Source: Lytechinus pictus
Lineage: Eukaryota
Reading direction: 5' to 3'
DNA: 64,000 nt
Assembly (NCBI RefSeq): GCF_037042905.1
Contig: NC_087252.1
Span: 4,094,001-4,158,000, forward strand
Shown in pieces: positions 49,859 through 62,800 of this stretch. The notes beneath the pieces were generated by a model. The model saw only the letters and a list, made by a program, of their open reading frames with translations. It made no database searches and was not told where the DNA came from. Numbering within the stretch: position 1 is the stretch's first letter; every line of letters starts with the position of its first letter. Made by a program: the position numbers and the translations under genes.

Positions 49859-51221
49859 TAGAGGTGCACGACCAATATGGGAGACTCTCTCCAATACAAT
49901 AGGGGAGAAAATCTCCCACATTGGAGACTTGCTTTGCAAAAGGACAAAAGAAACAACACCAACAAAAGCATGATTTTTTCCACCCAAAATTTTGTCTCAC
50001 TAGGGCTAGGCGGTGCTGCACCATCCCAAGTTTGCTCAATCTCGAGATTTTAGCCCGATCGGCCCACTTCGCGATTGATCTCGAGATTCAAGAAACCCCG
50101 TCTCCACCATCGCAAGAAGAGCGATTCCTGCTCGAGCGAGGCAACAAGCCCGATATTCCGAGCATGCGCACTTTCGGATCTTGGAGTTTCAACGGCCCGC
50201 GCTTTTGAATAACTTCCCGCGATATGCAAGCAATGTACTCCTTTCACTAGCACTTTCGCCGTATTCGACCGGTGTTATGCAACAATCCTCTCAGCTCAGC
50301 GAGTGAAGAAGTGATGTATTCTTCGTTAAATATGATGGCGGAGTAGGAGGCAACGACAGAGAGAGAGAGAGAGGGAGAGAAGGAGGAAAGAAATGCTATT
50401 TGCTCACATTTTGCGAAGGAATAAGACGACACTGCTGTCAGTGTTGTTATTGAATATGACCATCGTCGATATTGAGCGCCTCCCCCTTCGGTCTGGTCTC
50501 TCCCAAAATCCATTCACATTAGGCAATTGATGAACGCTATTCGCGATAATATCTATTCGCATGTATAAAGTTGACTTTCGCACGTGTTTATGTTTTGACC
50601 AAGGCGGAAGTGGAACGCGAATTGCATTATGGACTGACGTCATGAATAAATTACCCCGAGTCCAATCTCGAGTGCGTCTGCACCTACGAATTAGCGGGAT
50701 AATTCGTAAAATAGCGCGCTATTTTGCAAATAAACCCGAGTTGACTTGGGATTGCAATCTCGAGATTAATCCTACGAACTAGCGCGATAATTGCGTCTCC
50801 ACTGCAAACTATCTCGAGATTTTTCAGATCGGGATAATTTGCAGGATCAGAAATAGCGCGCTAATTTGAAAACTCGGGATGGTGCAGACGGCCCTATTGG
50901 GGTCAGAAGCCCATTTGTTTTGTGTGTGATTGACAACAAAAATCCTTATCAAAACAAAAGTAGACGGTGAATTTTTAAAGTAGACGGTGAATTTTTAAAG
51001 TAGACGGTGAAAAGGGGTAATTTTTCATGAGGAATCTGCTTATCACATTTTTATTTGCCGCCAAGGTAATCCTTTTGCAGCAAATGTAAACAAAGGAAAT
51101 TTGACTCCAAAACTGGAGACTGTCTCTAAAATTGGATACCAAAATTCTTTACAAAAGTCTCTGATATTGGAGATAATCTCCCACATTGGAGATAGTCTCC
51201 AATATTGGCCGTGCGCCTCTA
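49859..51221. mobile_element. hAT-like element with a nested Harbinger-like insert (about 50008-50895)
   Basis: Outer TIR TAGAGGTGCACGACCAATAT / ATATTGGCCGTGCGCCTCTA with subterminal TTGGAGA repeats; inner TIR CTGCACCATCCC / GGGATGGTGCAG. No clear TSD. Confidence 0.7.
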
Positions 51222-53814
51222 CTGACTACTGACTACACTCTACAGTACTCAGTAAAAAGACAGTAGTACAGCTTTTCATTACATAATCATAACTTGGCTC
51301 TTAAGTAAATTTGATTCTTTAAATTATTTTTTCTTTATTAAAAATAGAGCTTGAAAAATGAAAATTTTCTTGCCATATTACTTTCCACCAATAGAGGGCG
51401 TACACAAAAATATGCCCCAAATTCAAGTTTTTGAGCGCTCTGGTCAATACAAAAATTATTCTAAGCTACTAATGAAAATTGAATTGCAACTGTATGGAAA
51501 GCCCGGGGGGGGGGGGGGGGGCCCACTCCCATTGACGAGTGGATACCATGCGCGACCATGGGGTCTCGAAAAGCACCCTAAACACGTATTTTCCATATTC
51601 TGAAAATGCACCCCTTAACAAGTATTGGCGTGTGAAGCCCTACCCTTAACAATTATTGGCAACAAAACAATACTCTTGCTAAGTATTCCCGAAATTGACC
51701 CCCTAAACAAGTATAGCGATATTTTTATTGTTATGTCACGGACGTCGGTCGTCGGTTTTACCTTTAGAAAATTAGACTAAAATGTTTTTATAAAGGATGT
51801 ACTTTTTGCGCCATAGTCAACACTACCGACTACGTGTTTAGGGTACGATTTGCGCGAGATGTAGGAGGTGGGGTTGTACTAAACCCAATGATAGGTAAAG
51901 GCTAAAGGTAAATGGTAATTCATCGAAACTTTTGCAAAGATTGGACAGGGTTCTTACCAACAGTAATTACTTTGGTACTAAGGATAAATGGCGTTTGAGC
52001 TAAAGCCGGTTCGCAGCAGCAGCATGCGCAGGTCCCGAACTGCCAATATGGCGCCACATGAAGCTGACGTTAGACTAGAGTACGGCGATTGCATTGTATT
52101 GCATATAGCGCAATACAACGCGCGCGGTCGTTACCCACCTCTATGTACACTGCACAAGGGAAGAAAGCGGACGTACGAGCCAGTTTTTTTTTAAGGAGCG
52201 ATTTTTTTCCCTCGATCGCTCTCTAATGGGTTTGCGAGCACGATTTCAAAGCTTACGGGAGCGATATCGCGCAGCGCCCCCGTGTATTTTTTTCGCTGCC
52301 TCGTACACAGACGGCTCGCTATCGTGCAGCCACCATTTGGTGGTTAACAACGCAAAATCTCCCCGACGGGGCACATAGATTTTTTTCTTTATTTCATAAA
52401 AATATATAAAAAGAACTATCAAAATAAAGATTATTATTCTGTTTTTGCCTGAAATGCACCAAAATGGGGAAAAATAAACTGGGGGAAAAAACAGTGACTT
52501 CAGCTGTCGCGCAACTTCACTTCCCTGTTTTATCCGAACTTAATACATAAACATAGGGCCTTCTTCTTCTTCTTCTCCTCCTTTTCCTTCTCCTTCTCCT
52601 TCTCCTAGCTTCTCCTTCTTGTTCTTCCGAGATCTACAACATTTAAAAGCTTAACATGTTAATGTTTCAATTAAATTTAAAAAGTTCAAAATTCATGACA
52701 TTTGAAAATTTGTAACTTTTAAAAAGTGTATCAGGCAGGTTTGAGGAACTATGTGTACAAACAATAGAGATCTTCTATTGTTTGTAAAAAAACCTGCCTG
52801 ATACCCTACTAGGCCTAGACACAATTCTTTAAATCACTATTATTAGATCTACCTGCTAAAACCAGAGAACAATAGATTTGGTCCACTGAATCTTGTCTGG
52901 TTTTAAGCTTATAACAGGTATAGATCGAGTGAGTCAAAAATTGTGGCTGGTAGAATTTGACATGTTGATTTTTTTAGTTAAATTCTGCAATATTTAGGTC
53001 TGGTTTAATCTAAAATATCTTTTTCTTAGAATGAAGTGTGCATAGAAGGCCTAGATCTAAATGTTTGTTGGATTTCGACTAGTCTAGGCCAAGACCCTAT
53101 TCGTCTTTTTAATTGCAACATCTGAGGCCCGTAACACAAAACTGATCGTAGAACATTTTTCTACGATTAATTCCATTGACTACAATGTACATGTACGATC
53201 AATCGTACGATCAAAGCTAACCTTTGTGTTACGGGACCCTGTTTATTTTCAACTTCGATCTGAGAATAGTTCATAAAATTTTGAAATGTATTGCCATGTT
53301 TTGCGGTCACTCTTTGTTCAAACATAGCTTGTCGTGCTAAAAAAGTCAGCACACTAAACTTTTCAATGTAGTGAGTGACTTATCAAAGATCAACAATTTT
53401 CAAGAGGACTGTCTTGGATATTACATGTATGGTCAGAGAAATGGCATTTTTTCCTTTCAATAGCGGTAAATGCAAAGTACTTCACATTGGCAAATCATCC
53501 AAATGTCAATAGAAGGAAAACTCCAATGTCCAATTTTTATAGATATCATACATGTAGACACAAAAGTATGACCCATTTCAAACTAATTTGCAAGTGAAAA
53601 CTTCCAAATACTGTTCAGCTTTTTTTTTATTTTTTAAGTTAACGGAAAGAGAAGTCCTTGACCTGGGTTATAACACTGATACAGAAATTTGCCATCAACT
53701 TCTCGAATTTGAAAAGTGAAACTGAATGCCTAGGGTTTTGACAGTCTTTGTATTTCTTTTCCTGTTCTTTCCCAGGTTTTAAGTTCAAGGCTTGATCAAT
53801 CTTTGTGATTTGGC

Positions 53815-53878
53815 ATGGGGCTCTACATTGCTTCAGAACTGGTATTGGTAATCATACTCATCGTAAACGACAGACAAG
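53815..53878 (+). CDS. Gene 4 signal-peptide exon (MGLYIASELVLVIILIVNDRQ)
   Basis: Acceptor at 53775, ATG 53815, donor AAG|GTAATT, hydrophobic core. Confidence 0.75.
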
Positions 53879-56800
53879 GTAATTAAAGCAAGAGTTTATT
53901 CATTTTCCACAAGAAATTCAATACCCAGGGGCTGCGGAAGGGGTGGAGGCTGAAACCTTCAGCCCCCCCCCCATTTTTTTCAAAAAAGTGTACAAAAACA
54001 TAGAGATACTGATTGTTTGTTTAATTTATGCATGGTCAGCCCCCCCACTTTTATAACCATTGCATCCCCTTGTACCGTTGAATGCTTGTAGCTGTATTTT
54101 GAAGGAATGCTGTATTTGAATGAAATTATGTATGGACTTTTTCTCTACTACTTGCATTGGATAAAACAGATTGAGATATAAGATAAAAGACTTAAAAGAA
54201 AATTATTTTCCAGATCTTAGTTTTGTTAGGAAAAATGGTAATTTCATTGCAAGAAAAGTACTTCATAGATTGATTTCTTTTCTTTTTTAGCTCAAGGCGT
54301 TTTACAATTCACCCAAGCCCCAAGTAATCAGGCCGTGCTCTTAAACCAGGCCCTCTGGTGGCATTGCATTGCCAGGGCCAGCATCGGCAGCCAGGAACCA
54401 ACCTACTCCTGGGTACGGGGCAGTCAGATGGTGATTGGTGGCAGTGAAGGAGTGGCTGTGTTCTCAAACGGTACCTTGTACATCGAGACGGTGACCCAGG
54501 AGTTGCTAGGGAGCTATCGGTGTAGGGTACAGAGCGGAGTACAGAGGATCGAGAGTGATGAAGTTACATTGGCTTTGGCAAGTGAGTACAATGTAGGCCT
54601 ATTGATTCTCTTATGACAACTACGGAACCTGTATTTAAGGACCAGATTATCTTTATGAATAGGTTCCTTGAATGTTTCAGTGAGGAATAAATCTTTGTGG
54701 AAAGTTGTCTTTCCAAACAAGTGGTTTCTTTTTGACACAACCTTGATTTCATTTCAGTGCTTCTTCACTCAGGTGTATTTAGACTGCCTTAACAAGGTTT
54801 AAGAATACTAGTTACCCTGAACTACCCTGATCACAAATTACCAGCGGGCCATTTCATAAAGCTGTTCGGAGGTTAAGAGCGACTTTAAGAACGACTGGTG
54901 ATCCTTTCTCGTGGTAAATGATATCCAACTAAATGTTAATTTGCGATAGTTTAGCTCGTAAGCAAGGTTCACCAGTCATTCTTAAAGTCGCTCTTAACTT
55001 ACGAACAGCTTTATGAAACGGCCCCCAGGTATATTTGCCAATGTAAAGCAATATACCTGTATACCCCAAAATAAAATACCTGCTAAGTTGTAGGTACTTG
55101 ACGGAATTTCAAGAACGTTCAAAGGGATTCTTTCAAGGTCATGTGTATTGTGGCAGTGTGAAAGTAGGTACTTGACGGAATTTCAAGAACGTTCAAAGGG
55201 ATTCTTTCAAGGTCATGTGTATTGTGGCAGTGTGAAAGCAAATTACGAATTTGCATAAGCAGTATTTGCCTTGGAGATTTGTTGTGTCATTTCATATTTC
55301 CCCCATTTGTGCTGTTAATCTGTAATATAGACATTTGGCCCAGCCCCCCTGGGGAGTGTTTCATGAAAGGACTCATCAGATGTTTTATCCAACAGTTACT
55401 ATGGTAACAGTGCCTCTCAGCCAATCATAATCAAGGAACATTGTCAGATCTGATGACTTGTCGGAAGAGAATGTGTTGAAACACTCCTCAGATATCAAAA
55501 TTCAAGACTTGGCGGACAATCGCAAGAGTTTCTTTAGCTTGTCTAACTTTTTTTGTGTTGAAATTATTCTTACCAGGTCTTGGCATTAGCTTCACAGCAA
55601 GCCCAAACAGTGTAACCCAAAACCTTGGATCATCCCTCGCACTCCATTGCTCCATAGCAAGCATTCCCATGGCAACCATCACCTGGCAACTAAATGGTGA
55701 TGACATCTCCATGACAACTGATATCAACACATCGGAGGTGGGTGGAGTCACGACAAGTGAGCTAGAGGTCAATGAGCTGGATCACCAATATGGAGGAAAT
55801 TACCGTTGCCTCGCAACCAATCACCTTTTGATTGGTTTAACAAGATACAGCCAGTTGGGAGAAGTGACTCTAATAGGTGAGTTGAGTTTACAGAAAACAT
55901 TGAGGAAAACTCAGTATTATTACTTGTTTACTGCTTTTTATTACAAAACGTTTCAAATATTTGCTTTTCTATACCTGTGCTTAAACCCTTTAGCTAATCA
56001 GGGTTGATTTTGAATATGAGTTTAGGTCTATTAATCTTTTCTTCAGCTTTCCTTTGGTAGATAATGGTGCAGTCGCATTTCCCCCATGGCAGCCGTACGC
56101 CGAGTCGGTAACAGCCCTTTTTTAAATTTTTTGTACCAGCTACATTTAGGTGGTTTGAATAAAAAAAGAGTACAATGTCTGTTTTCGACTTGGCGTATGG
56201 CCACCATAGGGGAAATGTTACTGTAGCATCGAAAGTCCTTACGTAGAATTAAAAAAAAAATCAATCAAGGATTCCAGGTGATGAGAAGTCATATCAACTC
56301 TCTGATCTAACAATGTGATCTTTGTTTTTTAGGTCGACCAGGTTTCTCTACTACTCCTGAACCTATTACAGTGGTCTTAGGAGGAACTGCTACATTTCTA
56401 TGTGAAGTGAATGGTAGCCCGGCATCAACCGTGGACTGGCTTAATCCACAAGACACGGTCATATCAGTGAGTAGACTATTAAAGGGGAATCCAACCTTTG
56501 CCATAAAATATTGTGTTGGGAAGGAGAAAAATAAATTAAACAGGATGGTGAAAGTTTGAAAGAAATCGGACAAGCAATAAGAAAGTTATAGCTGCTTTAA
56601 AATTGAGATCACTAATAGTATGTAGATTTCAAATTGGCAACTGGGTAAGTAAATTATGACAAGGGGCAAGGACAACTTTTCCATAGGCCATGTACTTTAT
56701 TATCAGGGATTTGTGGTTTTCTCCTAAGTACCCATTCCCCTGGGGCAGTAATCTAAATATAACCCATGTAGTATTTTGTTTAATGTCCTCATGAAAGAAA

Positions 56801-59800
56801 AATATAATTTGAAATAAAACTTTTGGGAAAAATGACATTTTAGCCATAATATGTATTGGAGCACATGGAAGAGTAGTCCTTGCCTTACATCACTATGACA
56901 TCCCATATGCGGCCAATTTGAAGTCGCCATGAGTATAGTGATTACCAATATCTACAACTTTTAAAAATTCATAATTTTCTTGTTGTTTGTCCAATACTGT
57001 TCAAACTTTCACCTATCAACTTGTCTGATTTTTCTTTTTCTCATAAAAACAAGTTTTTATTTGGGTTGGATTCCCCTTTAAGACTATCATAGCTTCTTCT
57101 TGGTAGCCTATATTCTTTGTGGAGACTGCAGCTTACTATCATTACTGTTATGCTAAATGTAAAAATACATCTGATGCGGAAAATTACACAGTCATCATCA
57201 CCATGATCACCTTCATCATCACCATCATTATCATCATCACCATCATCATCATGATCATGATCATCAACAGCATCATCATCATTGTTATTATTATTGTTGT
57301 CTATAACAGACCTGTGGTATATTTACAGCCATCTCCTTCCGGCTAACCATCACCAACTCCCAGCATTCAGACAGTGGGTACTACACCTGCCGTGCTACCA
57401 ATGCCTGCTGAGAGAACATAGCTTCCACCCTGCTCACTGTCACTGTTAATAGTTGTTGCTATGGCTGTTGTTTTTATTATGATTATCATCATCATTATTG
57501 TTATTATTACTATTTTTCTGTAACAGACCGGCGGTAGATTTACAGCTACCTCCTCCCGGCTCACCATCACAAACACCCAGCAGTCGGACAGTGGGTACTT
57601 CACCTGCCGGGCTACCAATGCCTGGGGAGAGAACACCGCATCGGCCCTGCTCACAGTCACCGACCCAACCCAGGAGATCATCTTCACCATGGTCCCGATT
57701 GATCAGTCTGTGGTTGTGGGAGGGAGAGTGACCTTCCCTTGCAGTGCTACGGGAAGCCCAACACCGACTATTGAGTGGAGGAAGGTGGGTGTTTTCATGT
57801 CGGGTCCCTACGTTCATCCAACTCTGGTTCTCTAGTTGTTCCCAAATCTGAAAAGGCATTGGGGTCTTTTCTGTCTCTTCATTCTTTCACTGCTTCTTGG
57901 GCAATCTGCAGAGTGAATTTGACACACTACAAATTCCATCTATTAATTATGATGTTAGGATTTTGGTGATTATTAATAAATATGCATTAAACTATATACT
58001 TGTATCCCTAAACATTTGAACTAACTTCCTAGGGACAGTATTCATGAAATTTCTTGCCAGTAAAATTTATAGAATATGTTTGTAAGCTACTGCAATACTT
58101 GCTCTGAGTGGCTAAGAGCACATCTGTTGTTGAAATCATTTACAAGGCTGTTTCATGAAATGCTCCCCCAGTTTCAGAGTGAATTTCATGCCATTTATAG
58201 GTTACTTGAGGGGAGTATTTCATGAAAGGACTTGTTTGATGTTTTAATCTGACACATCCTGTTTTATCCAACAAGGGCTTATTGATAGTGTTTTTCAGCC
58301 AATCAAAATCCATGAAGCTTATGTCAGATGTTAAATTTGATGAATGCTCGGGGGAGGGGGGGGGGGCTAGGCTTCCTCAGGCTTGAAACGGATTAGAATA
58401 ATAATTATGAGAATAATAATAAAATAAAAAAAATATTAATAATGTACTTTTTAAAAAGCACATTTCAGACCCGTAAGGACTCTCAATGCACTTTACAGAA
58501 ATAAAATTATACAATATTAATTAACAGTAGAAATTACCTAATATTACACTTAAGCAACATCAACATTAATCAATTACATATGGATAAAGGAATAATCTAA
58601 TTGAATGCTTCATTAAAGAGATATGTCTTAATTAAGTTGGGATTTGAAAAGCCAAGGATTATTTTGTAATTGGAGAGTACTAAGGAGAGAACTCCAAAGG
58701 ATGGTGGCATGGTAGGTGAAAGAACTTTCACGATGCGTCTTAGTTCTCTAGGTACTTGACGGAGTTGTTGGTTTGATGATCTTAGTTTTGAAGATCATTG
58801 AAATAAACCGTAACTGTTTCCCTTTTTTGCATTTTAACTTGTGTTTTTCTAGGAGTTGAGTGACCTGCCCACCGATAGGATTCAGGAGCCGGCTGTAGGC
58901 TGGTTAAGAATAACAGGTATCGAGGTCACAGATAGTGGGTTTTACGTCTGTACAGCAAGCAACTCAATCACAACAGTTTCTACGAGGGTCCAACTGATTG
59001 TACAAGGTAAGAATACACCTAGTCTGCAGAAACAGACCATGCTTGAAACTTATCAACAAGTGGGCCTTCACAAAAGATTTGCACAAATATAACTGTTAGT
59101 TTTTTTCATACATTGGAACTATATATAAATGTAAATTGTTTTCTCTTTATGGCAGGGCTCGACATTAGCAGTGGCCCGGGGCAACCAAAAATGAGAGTAG
59201 GGCCACCAAAATTTTGTAAAAGCCCACACTTGGTGGCCCAGTCGGGCTACCAAAGTTTGATAAATTGTAATGTTTTCTATTGTTTTAGGACCACAAAGAA
59301 TACGAAATTGATGATTTTGGTAAACCTATTGGGCCACCAAGGAAAAAAGTTAGTGTGGAGCCTTGCTTTATTGTTACATTGTTGAACAGAGAAGAAGGTT
59401 ATGATTTGTATATTTGTTTACACACTCTTTGAACATTTTCCATATTGGTAGTATACATTCAAATATAGCTTCATTACCTTTCTGAATATATAACAGCTTA
59501 TAACACGGGTTTAGATACATGATGTTACACTTTTCAAGGAGGGGGGAGGGGGAAATGAACTACTCTGTCATCCCCCACCCCTTAAGAATATGTTCACTGC
59601 TTGAATTTACGCCAGTGGCTTATAAAATTGATTTTCCGCCTCACTTAATTTCTATGGCAAAAAGAAGCTGTTGAAAACTGCTTATCTAATAAAAGAGAGC
59701 CAATGGAGTAAATTAGAAAGTCAAAAAGGGGCCTAAGCTTTCGATCCTAGCAGAATCTTCGTCGGAGGCAAAATGATTTATTTTCTGTCAGAGCTCCCAC

Positions 59801-62800
59801 CGCAGCTTACTGTTAGCTTTCTGTGTGCCACACACATGTGTGACAAATGAGACTTACCTTTCCATTTTTTTTCAATGAGAACTTCATTTACATCAATATT
59901 GTGTCCCTTCCCAAATAATTCATATATGATTGTTTTTTGTTTTGTTTTATTTTGTTTTTTTCTTGTCTCAATGCATAATAATTATCTAAGTGTTGTGAAG
60001 TGATGGAAATAAAAATAATTGAAAGATAACAAAACTTGATTTTCACTTTTTTCCCCCAAACAGTGGCACCCAATTTTACAGTACTTCCAGAAGATACCAT
60101 TGTAGAGACAGGAGGGGCAGTATTACTTGATTGTGAGGCTGATGGCATGCCCACCCCTGCTATAAAATGGAACACTCCATTACCTGAACTAGGTATGATA
60201 CTATCCTCATTTTCAGTTACAAAGAAATTTTAAGATTTGCCATTTAGGGTTTCTCTTTTTTATTGAAATAGTCCTTTTTTTTCTTTTTTCTTTTGTGATA
60301 TTATGAAGTAACATACTGATTTTAAATACTTTTGGCTCATAAGCTATTTTAGTTATTTAATCTTGTATTTTATCCAGGAATTTTACCAAGGGAAAGAAAG
60401 TTTCAGATCTTTTAAATGTCAGCCCAATTGATTGTTGCTTTTTTATTAATATTTCATTTACAATTTCATCAACAAATTAAAATCATTTGTATTGTCTCTT
60501 GAGATATAATCTAGTATAATGATGGAGCAGTGAAGGAGAAAGAGATTGTTGGTTTGAAGAAAATCATATCAGGAAAAGATAACAGTAACATCATAAAAAT
60601 TAGAGATATCAGCGTCATTTTAAAACAACTTTACATTATGAAATATGAATAAAAGCAATACTTTTCTTGATTATTTAATGATAATGATATTGCAATACCA
60701 CTGATGAATTATCCACTTATATTGAGGACATGCATAAGCAATAGGGTTGATTCTTTTATCTGTTTTTATTTTTAAATCACATTTTTTCAGTACGAGCCTG
60801 GGGAAATTTAAAAAAGAGCCCCCCAAATTCCCCATTTACTGCAAATGCTTGTGAAAAGGACTCCCCAAAAATACAATTTTTTTTGGGGGGGCTGATATGA
60901 ACACTATGTCAAGAAGCTCTGATGCCTATTGTTTATAGTTTCATATGTTCATTTTGATTTCTTGTTGAAAGGTGTGTTGAGTGTGGCTAGTGGTCTACAG
61001 TTTGGAGTGGAAGTGTTCTCTAACGGCTCTCTTGCAATTCCTTACGTTGAGAATCGTCACGCGGGGACTTACGTCTGTTTAGCATCCAATACGGTATCAT
61101 CTTCATCGACAGCAACATCCCTTACAGTTAGAAGTAAGTTGACATCAATTTTACATTAAAGATAATTGAAGTTTAAAATGTGATCAGTTCCACCTGAGTT
61201 GAATGATTGATCTCTCATTTTCTGGTGCTAAAACTTCATAAGAATTATTTTGAAATTATGATTATAATTAAAATACATTTCCTTGTGAAACAACTGACCA
61301 ATGTACAGGAATTTATGCTGCATTAAGCAAAATTAAAGTTAAATTTTCATCAAATTATTAGTTTTACTACCACATGAGCTGAATAATACACATTTATTTA
61401 TTACATTTTGTTTATTGATGTTATTCTTGTCTACAAAAAAAGATGCCAACTGCAGTTACTTTTGTTCTTATGTTATTTTGTATGTTTTTCTGCATGAAAC
61501 GCTGAAAGGTTTGTTTCGTATGAAATCAGTTATTTTATCATCAGTAAAAAGCTTTTATTTCCCTTGGTTTTAACTTTTAAATATGATGTATTACAATAAA
61601 AAATATACAATCTCTATGTTTCTAGGTTCTCCTGTTATCACATCCTCTCCCATTGACCAGACGGCTATCGAGGGTGAGCTCGCTCGTTTCGAATGCCGCG
61701 CTGCCGCTACACCCACACCGGTCATCTCATGGCTTTTCAACGGTCAACTCCTACTGACCGATATCAAGTTTGAGGTCCTCGGCAACGGAGATCTTAGGAT
61801 TAATAACGTGGAGGAGGATCAGGAGGGGGTCTATACGTGCAGCGCTGGTAATGAACTTGGAGTTAGAAACGTTTCAGCGTACTTGACTGTGTATCGTAAG
61901 TATGAAAAAAAAAATTTCCTTTTGCTTCTATTCCTTTAATCGATGTGGATTTGGCGCTTCAGAAATACTCTATATTATTATTATTATCATTATGTAGATC
62001 AATAAGCAAAAACTGAAAGACACTATTTTAAAAATGTGGCCCAAAGCGTCCCATATCTGTCCTTTAGGCAGACAAACAATCGTCCTTTACAGAAATTCAA
62101 TTTCATGTCTAATTTTGATGTAGTTGTATTTCTGCAAAATCCATTAAATGTGTAAATGATGAAAGTGTTTACTATCTTAAGACATGTTTGTCAAACTTTT
62201 GCTTACAAATTACACAGAGTAAATATATAAATCGAAAGATAAAAACATTGAATTCAAATCTTGAAATTAATGTTTTCAACTGAATGTTTGGTCTTTTTTA
62301 AATTAATGTATGAATTATGAGTTATTTAACAACGTATATTGCATGGTTCTCAGTTCCTCCTCAGTTTGTTGTTCATCCTGTTGACATTACTGTTGACCCC
62401 GGGTCAAAGGTCAGATTAGACTGTGAAGCATCAGGTGACCCGATGCCGTCAATTCAATGGCAGAAGGATGGTAGCCCTCTAGTTCTTGGTAAGTAATAAT
62501 GATAATATTAGATTGTTGTATAGTGCATATATCATATACCATTTTACTTCTCTATGCACTTGCAAAGGGACTTGGATATCATTACCCAGGTTGTAAAGCA
62601 GATACGATTCAATAGTGCCATCTCGAGTCTTCAACTACTCATACCTGGCCAGTTTCCTGACCCATAATGCCAGTATAGTTTAGTAATATAGACCCACTCG
62701 AATGATAACATACTAATTAAACCACTCAATACATTTATACCGCAATAATTATGTTACCAAGTAGCAACACAATTACTTTTCCTCTCAAAACATTTTAGTT

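Noticed and set aside
49300..52330. Exact promoter or first exon of gene 4 (CpG-rich patches at about 49300-49700 and 51980-52330 with YY1-like ATGGCG motifs)
   Set aside because: An upstream exon is implied by the acceptor at 53775, but no donor could be assigned with confidence.
42018..52560. Single 10.5-kb composite transposon capturing RBM7 exon 1
   Set aside because: No matching TSD, no transposase, the arms are diverged, and RBM7 is intact across the boundary.
55090..55237. Functional meaning for the perfect 74-bp duplication
   Set aside because: It is intronic with no motif, and could be a recent slippage or an assembly artefact.
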